DNA of 64,000 bases, taken from assembly GCA_964450735.1 (NCBI GenBank), contig CAYVDC010000002.1, positions 64,703 through 128,702 of the forward strand, written 5' to 3'. The stretch comes from an uncultured Candidatus Saccharibacteria bacterium. Its GTDB lineage: Bacteria > Patescibacteriota > Minisyncoccia > Phycocordibacterales > UBA9973. Shown one piece after another: positions 29,201 to 36,169 of this stretch; within the stretch, counting starts at the first letter, position 1, and every line of letters starts with the position of its first letter. Made by a program: the position numbers and the translations under genes. Under the pieces are notes generated by a model, which searched no databases, had not been told where the DNA came from, and saw only the letters and a program-made list of their open reading frames with translations.

Positions 29201-29475
29201 CCCAAGTCATCGCCATAGCTATCAAGCTTATCTACAACTGAACCTGAATCTTGTGCCGCAGGGGTCGCCAAGATCTTTATATCGGCAACAATGTTGTGTG
29301 CGTCGGAATGAAGCACCATGTTGCCACCAATAAATTTAAAGAGATTGCTCTGTACTTCTGTTACTGGAAAACCGGTAAATTCAGCAGCGTAAGCTTTCTG
29401 TGTTCCGCCAAAGGGAAAAATCATACTAGCGAGTATGAACAGCAACAATATTCCTGCGCGGATTTTGCTTCGCAT
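26263..29475 (-). CDS. VirB6/TrbL-like giant polytopic membrane protein (1070 aa) with His-rich C-terminal tail
   Basis: Signal peptide (..GGTQKAYA). About 370-aa extracytoplasmic domain. At least 6 TM helices (..IFFIFILLYAAIGLVLSL.., ..ILTILLISFILNLIMAWIFFMCAAFF..FSMIFAPLAFVTSIVPG.., ..WVTFLVAILLPTMIVVGLLMAA..). Gly/Ala-rich segment. About 300 aa of K/E-rich coiled coil. Terminal GGGGGGGHDDHGGGHDDHGAHH. Confidence 0.5.
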   Translation of the reverse strand: MRSKIRAGILLLFILASMIFPFGGTQKAYAAEFTGFPVTEVQSNLFKFIGGNMVLHSDAHNIVADIKILATPAAQDSGSVVDKLDSYGDDLGAWDKILDRDRLENSISEGIFLLVGTSTADIVADFQGAPFSTVVGDLVYTVQPLQVSGGGANTSLTPKQGNAFVFSQGKTLATNIGVYLWRLDPGHRFFNQTTVTAAPIRISGPQILPGKDYYVQLALKEDTIAGVHSVALGPVQKITTLTDAAAAETNTDISNEVTQAYAETNQVVNATQGNKQIADHLKCFWVEKGAILPSLDVSGCFAELFNNLLVPVAVRINRLTGSLFDAFAAVSLGSTIYGQGVNGAGIASFVENGWSLVRDISNIFFIFILLYAAIGLVLSLHHFDTKKIVAQVIIIAIIINFSLFFCRIMVDTSNVLSRVFYNAMNISSKGNVAATKAGPVEQPISAAIIEGVQPQKLLSPESLGKADMGTGSILTILLISFILNLIMAWIFFMCAAFFAGRIGVIWFSMIFAPLAFVTSIVPGLEKNLKQLGWHQWLSGFMKACFNAPIFFFFLYLIVNLVGGGDKGLMGTTIAAVTNANSGNWVTFLVAILLPTMIVVGLLMAAKKIAEDMAGEFGAAFAGIVAAGAGLGAMAITGGAAALGARTIGGMANRVANDDKLKGIASGQIPSTKWEKFKAQGQLLAADKLKRSSFDVRQTSLGNGLSKATGVNMNMGAGALKSVTGADFSTGARAGGYDAHVEREKVEMERKAKIFGSGYDKKQYDEEKKKIEAKETDISNQEDKISRKQEEIEKLKAQERALPKNKTKEKAKINADVAAKQSEVNTDKQKLREMKKGSGEKVITGKDAKGNPTTRALTKEDEGKSLEVLKADGTSSVRKVTLEEVESSRGLDKMQKNLENIKVARMKEYHHNLMKGTGLGITGMKRDELGNIKDLGEMDHDHSSNDRWSRAYRNMGNDIKTGLKAGLAAGLAGAVVGGPATIGIGVLAGGLAAVASQVRHLPQALNLGDVQHDAVHHAISTEKHDHAHPKDTYKGPSAGFFDAFTKVGSGGGGGGGHDDHGGGHDDHGAHH

Positions 29476-29533
29476 TCTGTTGTAAGTATACCCTAGATAC
29501 TATTTTTTAGGAATGCATAGAAGGCTTGGGGAT

Positions 29534-29567
29534 AAACAAAAACACCCACAGCGGGGTGTTTTTGTTT
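29534..29567 (-). terminator. Intrinsic terminator between the 950-aa gene and the VirB6-like gene
   Basis: Perfect 14-bp stem aaacaaaaacaccc/gggtgtttttgttt with a 6-nt loop. On the minus strand it is followed by a U-run (approximate coordinates). Confidence 0.6.
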
Positions 29568-29574
29568 ATGTGTC

Positions 29575-32427
29575 CTAATAGCTTATACGATAGTCGCTTT
29601 CTCTTGAATCATAGAACTTGCTGCACTGGATCTCCACTTTGTCTCGCTTGAACAATGAGTAGTAGATGCCTCGTGCTTTGTTGCTCTGGTCATCATTAGA
29701 GTCGATGATGGATTGGCAATAGAAGACGCGTTCAGCATTTTGAGGGATTATTGTCGATGTGGCACCATTGTAATCCGCTACCAGGTCAAGGGCCCGGCGA
29801 AGGCGATCCACCCCTGTTGCGGCATTATCCCAGTCGCCTCCTAGGTCGTCGTATTGTACTGTTGATGTGACCAACGAGTATGCAAGGGTAAGGTTTGAAT
29901 CGCTCAGATCATTCAAAATGTCTTTGTGCTCAGCATCAAGCGAATCAGAATCATAATTGTCGTGGAATTGCTGGATGATCTGGGCTCTTGTTGTTGTGGA
30001 ATTGATCGTTACTTGTGAGAACCCGGAGCCGTTTCCTTCAGTGATGCCTGGTATGTTTCCTTGTGTGGAACCAACAAACGTGCTGCCATTTTGAATCTGG
30101 GCGATATCAGGGATTCCTCCCAGAGGCGAAATTAGAATAGTGGTGCTATTGATGACATAGTTGCCCGTTGCTCTAATCTGATTTATCTGAGCTATAGAAA
30201 GAGTGGTAGGATCTATCTTCTCAAATAACTGTGGCAGGTTTTGGTCTGTGTTTACAAAGAGGTTATGTCGTCCGCCGAAAGTAACTTTGTAGATATTATC
30301 CCTGAAAAACTGATCTTTTTCCTGGAGCACCTGAATCAAAGTTAGCGTAATGCTGTCGTACTGTGCCTTTACTTGAGCATATGTTGATTCCGCTTCGGCT
30401 ATTGTCGCCGTGTTTGGAAGATCTTTCATTAGAAGTCCATATGCCTTTGTGATCGATTTGAGCACTTGTTTTCCTCCTTCGTCGAGATAGTTGAATGGGT
30501 TTGGCGTTGGAGCTACTGTTCCTGGGTGTTCTGCAAGGAACTGTTGAAGATCCGTATCAATTGTTGTTCCTGTATAAAGAGGTGTGGTGTTATTGGCGAT
30601 AATGGAATCAAGTCTGCTCTTTATATTTTTGAGTCTGGATAGAATAGCCAAGGATTCAGTATAGCTGGTAACGTACTGGCTTTCTCGTGTGCTGAATGCC
30701 AAGCTATTTCTAATGAGCGCTTGTGTGTCAGGATATGAAGGGATGTTTGCAGCCAAGATTTGAAGTTTAATTTCTTGAGGCATTTCTGTCGTCAAATCGC
30801 CGAGTCTATCTGCTACTTCTGATGCATCTTCCTTTTTAGATTTGATAACAAGGGTTTGTGCCTTTTGTGCAAATCGCTGTTGTGCGCTTGCAATTCTATC
30901 TCCGAGACGTCGCTCCCAGCCAAATTTTGGTCCCGGAACTGCGTAATCAAGCTGAAGGATTCTATTGTAGAAGCTGAGGTTGCTTGAATCGCCGGTTAGG
31001 ATTTTGACAAGGCTCTTGTATGCATCGACTTGTCGTTGTGCTTGGTCGATGATGGTCATGCGAACTGGATTGCCGTCGTCATCTGTAAGTCCAATGTCTT
31101 CTCCAGTATAGAAGAGCTCTTGGAAATTGATATAACGGTCAGGAGCACTAGCCCAGTTGTCCCCGCTCAAGCTGTCGCTAGGAATTCCTGAAAGCGTGAG
31201 ACCGTCGTAGCTCCATGAGCTGCTGACTGGCTCCCCTTTAGTCAAGCTTGAAAGCGCGCTCAGGCCTTTGTTAAGAAGTGATGTTGTAAGCGCATTAATG
31301 ATGCTTGAAAGGCTGTTTCCCAATGCTTGTGCAAGTTCGCTCTGTGAAGTTTTTGATCCAAGAGCTTTGTTGATCTGTGATTGTACAACTGAACCTGGTG
31401 AAAGTTGTTTCCATTCGAGACAGTCTGCGTCAGTTTGAGCACCACCGAGCATGAATGAATGAGCCCCTCCAGATGTTCCCCCAGATGTTCCTCCAGATGT
31501 TCCACCTGTGGTTGTGCCTCCGGTTGTTCCAGTGCCTGAACCATCAGCGGTTGGAGGACTAAAACCTGTTCCGCCGCCTGTCCACTGTCCTGAGCCGCCG
31601 CCTGTTCCTCCAAGTTCAATTTCTTGCTGGCCAGCTGAAAGTTGTGGTGCTTCTACTGCTTCGCCTGCCTGAACCGCACTCATATTATTGTTGTAGTTTA
31701 CTGGGTCTCGGTACTGCGTACATGTTTTTTGTGACAAAAATCCTTGTCCTTGTGCCAGTTCATTTTGTACAAGAGCTGTTCCCTTTGCAGTTTGTTTTGC
31801 CGCCTCATTGATTCCTAGGAAGAGCGATCCAAAAGCGTTGTTTGCTGGGTTTGAGATAGATGCTTCGTAGCCGGCCCATCCTCCAACACCAAAGTCGGTT
31901 GGGAATTTTTTCCATTCTGATCCAATGATCTGGTCAAGAGTAGCCTTTGCTTTGTCTTTGTAGTCAGCTCGGTCATATATTGCGTCGTAGATCAAAAGCT
32001 TTGAAACCTCTCGTCCATATGGGAATTTTGCGGCATTATAGCCAATACCGTCAACGATGTTTTTAAGTTGAGTGTCGCCAATATCTTTGAAGAATGATTT
32101 TGGGTTCTCTACAAATTTTGGGCTTCCTTGGAATCCTCCGTTAATCCAGTTAACAGTAGCTTCGGTCATTTTGTTCAAAAGCACTTTAGCGATAGCCATT
32201 CCAACCTGCTTGAGCATCTGTAATGCGAAGTCTTTCCAAGTTGCAGCAGTGTTAGATGCTTGCGATCCAGCGTTGGTTCCGTGGGTACCAGCGTTTCCTA
32301 CGTCAGTTACGGGCCAGCCGGCATGTGCAACCTGCGATAATGGCGCAGTGTACATTCCTACGACTAGAAAGAGGCTTGCGACGGCAAGTCCGATCTTTTT
32401 TGTGAGAGGAGAGAAATAGTTGAACAT
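29575..32427 (-). CDS. Large secreted protein with Gly/Thr/Ser-rich linker (about 950 aa), unknown function
   Basis: First ATG used (the track starts on TTG 7 codons upstream). N-terminal hydrophobic anchor/signal (..IGLAVASLFLVVGMYTAPLSQVAHA). Central ..GGTGGGSGQWTGGGTGFSPPTADGSGTGTTGGTTTGGTSGGTSGGTSGG.. linker. Long C-terminal region with no recognised motif. Confidence 0.55.
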   Translation of the reverse strand: MFNYFSPLTKKIGLAVASLFLVVGMYTAPLSQVAHAGWPVTDVGNAGTHGTNAGSQASNTAATWKDFALQMLKQVGMAIAKVLLNKMTEATVNWINGGFQGSPKFVENPKSFFKDIGDTQLKNIVDGIGYNAAKFPYGREVSKLLIYDAIYDRADYKDKAKATLDQIIGSEWKKFPTDFGVGGWAGYEASISNPANNAFGSLFLGINEAAKQTAKGTALVQNELAQGQGFLSQKTCTQYRDPVNYNNNMSAVQAGEAVEAPQLSAGQQEIELGGTGGGSGQWTGGGTGFSPPTADGSGTGTTGGTTTGGTSGGTSGGTSGGAHSFMLGGAQTDADCLEWKQLSPGSVVQSQINKALGSKTSQSELAQALGNSLSSIINALTTSLLNKGLSALSSLTKGEPVSSSWSYDGLTLSGIPSDSLSGDNWASAPDRYINFQELFYTGEDIGLTDDDGNPVRMTIIDQAQRQVDAYKSLVKILTGDSSNLSFYNRILQLDYAVPGPKFGWERRLGDRIASAQQRFAQKAQTLVIKSKKEDASEVADRLGDLTTEMPQEIKLQILAANIPSYPDTQALIRNSLAFSTRESQYVTSYTESLAILSRLKNIKSRLDSIIANNTTPLYTGTTIDTDLQQFLAEHPGTVAPTPNPFNYLDEGGKQVLKSITKAYGLLMKDLPNTATIAEAESTYAQVKAQYDSITLTLIQVLQEKDQFFRDNIYKVTFGGRHNLFVNTDQNLPQLFEKIDPTTLSIAQINQIRATGNYVINSTTILISPLGGIPDIAQIQNGSTFVGSTQGNIPGITEGNGSGFSQVTINSTTTRAQIIQQFHDNYDSDSLDAEHKDILNDLSDSNLTLAYSLVTSTVQYDDLGGDWDNAATGVDRLRRALDLVADYNGATSTIIPQNAERVFYCQSIIDSNDDQSNKARGIYYSLFKRDKVEIQCSKFYDSRESDYRISY
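31469..31504. repeat. 12-nt tandem repeat (3 copies, ccagatgttccN) inside the 950-aa gene, encoding (GGTS)n
   Basis: Three consecutive ccagatgttcc units, each followed by a variable nucleotide, read directly on the plus strand (approximate coordinates). The repeat is in frame, so copy-number change would alter linker length without a frameshift. Confidence 0.55.
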
Positions 32428-32451
32428 ACGATGGTGTAAGTATAACAATCT

Positions 32452-33330
32452 TTAGAGATTGTCGGTATCGCTAGTGTTAATAAGTGTGCTATAAGGGATT
32501 TTTGTTGTAAATGGGCTGATGAATTCTACAAGGTTGCTGAGCGTTTCAGGATAGTTTACGAATGTGCTCATCGCCAATACTGGGTTTACAAAAGCGTTTC
32601 GCATTGTTTCAATCTGTCCACGAGCTGTTCCAAGAATGTTCAAAAATCCCAGATGGTCAAGCTTGTGGGATTCTGGCACAGGAAGCGCTTTGAATGCTGC
32701 GATTAGGTTTTTGTATCGTTCTGAAATTGGTTGAAGCCCAGCTAACTGCGAAGGGTCTTCTGCATCGAGTGCAGTTTTGAGAATAACGAGGGAAGTGTCA
32801 ACATTTAGAGGATATTTCTTGTCGAGGAGGTTGGTGATGCTTGCAACGTATGCGTCTTCATTCTTTTTGCTGTCAGGAACAGTTTTGAAGTCGCTAGTAT
32901 CAAATGTTTCTCCTGTTTGAGTTGCCGCAATACGGTCTGCAACCTGGGCTGCTAGATCGTTTACTCCTTGTTCAGACAAAGGTGCGATCTGTCCAGTTGA
33001 TGCGGCAGTAGTGAAGATGTCTCGAGCAAGTTGTTCTGTTTCGTTTACTTCTGCTTGAGCATCTCCCGACTGAGTTGGTACGGTATCGCCGTTTAGATGT
33101 TCAATCCAGTCTGCAACAGAGTTCTGATTCCCGTCGAGGGTTGCAATGTCGGTTAGGAGAATTGGTTTTGCCGTCGCCGCATTTTCGGTAATTGCTTTGA
33201 TTGCTTGTCGTTTTGAAATATATCGTACTAGTAACGCAACGCCGAAGCAGAGCAAAAGTACTGCGATCAAAAAACCGACTTTTTTTACAAAAGATTTGCT
33301 TGGAAGGTACGCTTCAATATTCATCGCCAT
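32452..33330 (-). CDS. Membrane-anchored extracytoplasmic hypothetical protein (292 aa)
   Basis: ATG start; single N-terminal TM (..VGFLIAVLLLCFGVALLVRYI..) followed by a soluble domain; first gene of the 18.6-33.3 kb co-oriented block. Confidence 0.5.
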   Translation of the reverse strand: MAMNIEAYLPSKSFVKKVGFLIAVLLLCFGVALLVRYISKRQAIKAITENAATAKPILLTDIATLDGNQNSVADWIEHLNGDTVPTQSGDAQAEVNETEQLARDIFTTAASTGQIAPLSEQGVNDLAAQVADRIAATQTGETFDTSDFKTVPDSKKNEDAYVASITNLLDKKYPLNVDTSLVILKTALDAEDPSQLAGLQPISERYKNLIAAFKALPVPESHKLDHLGFLNILGTARGQIETMRNAFVNPVLAMSTFVNYPETLSNLVEFISPFTTKIPYSTLINTSDTDNL

Positions 33331-33381
33331 ATGTGGAATAAGTATAACTTATTTTTATATGCAATACTATTTTTTAAAAAG

Positions 33382-34173
33382 TTATTTTTGCAGCTGTGCG
33401 TAAAACTTTTTCCAATCTTCGATGCCAAGTTCTTCTGCGCGAGCCTGTTCCCCTTTAGTGAGCTTGTGAAGCACCTGCTTTATTGCTTCTTTTGGGTATG
33501 TTCCGCCCAAATTGTGCATAATAGTCTTTCGTTTATGGCCAAAAGCAAGTTTTATAAGCTCAAAAAAGGCTTTTTCGTCTTTTTCATTATAAAAATGACC
33601 GATATTCCCTATATATAGTATAGCCGAGTCCACCTTTGGAGCAGGGCTAAAATAGCGTTTTGAGACAGTTCCCCCGTACTTTGGAACTCCAAAAACCTTT
33701 ACAGATATGGATAAAATGCTTTCTTTGCCGTCTTTGGTGACAATCCGCTCTGCTACTTCCTTTTGTACCAAAATAGTCATGGATTCTGGCTGATTTGCTG
33801 ATTCGAGGTACCGGCGGATGAGCATTCCCGTTATATAGTAAGGGATATTTGCTACGAGCTTCCATTTTCCTGGTTTGAGCTTGAGGTCTGCGACATCAAA
33901 CTCTAAAGCATCTCCGTGTATCAGAGTAAGTTGCTTATTGGCTATTTCCGCGGCAAAAAGCTCCTCCAATACTGGAATAAGGCGATCATCCTTCTCAATT
34001 GCTATGACGGTAGCCCCAGTTTCAAGCAATTCCGTTGTTAGCGCGCCTTTGCCGGGGCCGATTTCAAGAACAGTATCGCCCTTTGCGATATTTCCAGAAG
34101 AAACCATCTTTTTGAGGGCTGGCTTAGATTTGAGAAAGTTTTGTCCAAGGGATTTTTTTGCGCGGTGTTCCAT
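33382..34173 (-). CDS. rsmA: 16S rRNA (adenine1518/1519-N6)-dimethyltransferase RsmA/KsgA
   Basis: MEHRAKKSLGQNFLKSKPALKKMV.. (the KsgA N-terminal signature GQNFL), SAM-binding motif VLEIGPGKGALT, 263 aa. Confidence 0.85.
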   Translation of the reverse strand: MEHRAKKSLGQNFLKSKPALKKMVSSGNIAKGDTVLEIGPGKGALTTELLETGATVIAIEKDDRLIPVLEELFAAEIANKQLTLIHGDALEFDVADLKLKPGKWKLVANIPYYITGMLIRRYLESANQPESMTILVQKEVAERIVTKDGKESILSISVKVFGVPKYGGTVSKRYFSPAPKVDSAILYIGNIGHFYNEKDEKAFFELIKLAFGHKRKTIMHNLGGTYPKEAIKQVLHKLTKGEQARAEELGIEDWKKFYAQLQK

Positions 34174-34178
34174 AATGC

Positions 34179-36116
34179 TTAATCTAAGTAGATAGTTTTT
34201 ATTCTACCACCCGTACGGACTTCCCGCTCGGTCAGTTCTTCTGGGATGTCATAAAAGAATTCTGATGGTGTTGTGACCTGCCGCATGCCAAACAATGTGC
34301 GGATTGTTGCGTAGGTCAGATATAATTTTTCTCCTGCTCGAGTGATCGCTACATAAAACAATCGGCGTTCTTCTTCTCTGTGTTCTGCGCTCTGATTTTC
34401 CCGCGGCGCATGCGGAAAGAGATCCTGCTCAAGTCCAGTAACAAATACATATTTGAATTCCAAACCTTTTGATGCGTGGACGGTCATGAGGCGAACGCTT
34501 TCGTGCTCGTCTTTGATTCCATCCTGGTCAGATGCAAGTGCTGCATCGTCAAGCATTTTTTCGATTCCTTCCTCGATTGGAAATGCGTCGTATCGAGTCG
34601 CAAGTGAAACCATTTCTTGGATATTTTCTAATCGTTCTAAATCAGTCGCATCCCCCGCTTTGAGTTCTGCCTCAATGCCGGAAATTTTGATGACTTCGCG
34701 GATAAGTTCAGAAGGGTGTAGTTGTTCAGCCAATCCTTTTATTGTTTCGAGGATCACGTAGAATGATTGGATTTTTTTCTGCATTGCCGGCGGGAGATTT
34801 GCTTGTTCGCCAGCGAACAATTTTGCCAATGTTGTTTTGCCAATCCCTCTCGCGGGGAAATTGATAATGCGCTTGATATCTGAAAGATTGTCTGGATTTC
34901 GAGCTGCGCGAATATAGGCAAGCATGTCCTTGATTTCTTTTCGATCGTAGAATTTTGTTCCCAATACCTGGTATGGAAGATTTTTGCCGATAAGCGCTTC
35001 TTCGAGCACGCGCGACTGGAAGTTTGCTCGATACAGCACAGCAATGTCTCCTGCGCGAACACCTTTTTCTACGAGCTTGTCGATGGTCGTTGCAACAAAG
35101 TCTGCCTCGTCGTTCTGATCATACGCTTCAAAAATGCCGACTTTTTCTCCGTCGAGATTTTCGGTGAACAATGTTTTGTCCACGCGCACGGTATTTTTCT
35201 TGATGATGGCGTTTGCCGCTGAGAGAATAGTCTTGGTAGAACGGTAGTTTTGTTCAAGGAAAAATACTTTTGTTCCCGGAAAATCTTTTTCAAAATGCAA
35301 CATGTTTTTCAATCGTGCTCCTCTCCAGCTGTAAATGTTTTGGTCTGTATCTCCCACTACGCAGATGTTAAATTCTCCGTTGGCGTCAGGACCTGTCAGC
35401 AGTTTTGTAAGTTCATATTGAACCTCGTTCGTGTCTTGGTACTCGTCGATATGAATATATTTAAAGCGCTCTTGGTAGTGCTTTCGTACTTCAGGATGTT
35501 TCTTGAGCAGCAGAACTGTTTCGAGAAGAAGGTCATCAAAATCAAACGCTTTTTCGAGTTTCAATCGCGCTTCATATTTCTCCCATACCTTGCCGACGGT
35601 TTCTTCGACAAAGCTGTTCGCCTTTGCTTTGTATGATGCGGCTGTTATGAAATCTCCTTTCGCATGAGAGATGATGTGCTTGAATTTTTTCGCATCGTGG
35701 ACTTTTGGATCCAATCCAAATGAAATAATGCATTCCTTGATGATGCCGATGGCGTCGCTTTCATCGAGGATTCCGAAATGCCGATTGCGTCCAACAAGCT
35801 GGCAGTTGTCGCGAAGGATGTGCACACCGAGCGAGTGAAATGTTGAAACATGCGGCAATGTCGATAGACGGTCTTTCTCCAATGCTTTTCGAACACGGTC
35901 GCGCATTTCTGCTGCAGCCTTGTTCGTGAATGTAATTGCAAGAATATTGTGCGGAGCGACGCCATGATGAACGAGGTTCACGATGCGTGAAGTAATTGTT
36001 TTTGTTTTTCCCGCTCCTGCGCCGGCTACGATCAATAGCGGTCCGGAAAGCGTTTCGGCCGCTTTGCGCTGTGGTACGTTTAGTGTTGAGAGATGCTCGT
36101 GCATGAACGTCATCAT
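34179..36116 (-). CDS. uvrD: ATP-dependent DNA helicase UvrD/PcrA family
   Basis: ..LNVPQRKAAETLSGPLLIVAGAGAGKTKTITSRI.. (helicase motif I), motifs TFHS (Ia), DEYQDTN (II) and VGDTDQNIYSWRGA (III). The track starts on GTG; ATG 6 codons downstream is used, which also clears the terminator hairpin. Confidence 0.85.
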   Translation of the reverse strand: MMTFMHEHLSTLNVPQRKAAETLSGPLLIVAGAGAGKTKTITSRIVNLVHHGVAPHNILAITFTNKAAAEMRDRVRKALEKDRLSTLPHVSTFHSLGVHILRDNCQLVGRNRHFGILDESDAIGIIKECIISFGLDPKVHDAKKFKHIISHAKGDFITAASYKAKANSFVEETVGKVWEKYEARLKLEKAFDFDDLLLETVLLLKKHPEVRKHYQERFKYIHIDEYQDTNEVQYELTKLLTGPDANGEFNICVVGDTDQNIYSWRGARLKNMLHFEKDFPGTKVFFLEQNYRSTKTILSAANAIIKKNTVRVDKTLFTENLDGEKVGIFEAYDQNDEADFVATTIDKLVEKGVRAGDIAVLYRANFQSRVLEEALIGKNLPYQVLGTKFYDRKEIKDMLAYIRAARNPDNLSDIKRIINFPARGIGKTTLAKLFAGEQANLPPAMQKKIQSFYVILETIKGLAEQLHPSELIREVIKISGIEAELKAGDATDLERLENIQEMVSLATRYDAFPIEEGIEKMLDDAALASDQDGIKDEHESVRLMTVHASKGLEFKYVFVTGLEQDLFPHAPRENQSAEHREEERRLFYVAITRAGEKLYLTYATIRTLFGMRQVTTPSEFFYDIPEELTEREVRTGGRIKTIYLD

Positions 36117-36125
36117 ACCATAAAC

Positions 36126-36156
36126 AAAAAACACTCCCGAATCGGAAGTGTTTTTT
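36126..36156 (-). terminator. Intrinsic terminator downstream of the 937-aa gene
   Basis: Stem aaaaaacactcccga/tcggaagtgtttttt (one mismatch) with A/T runs on both sides (approximate coordinates). Confidence 0.5.
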
Positions 36157-36169
36157 GGTTGAGCTAGCC

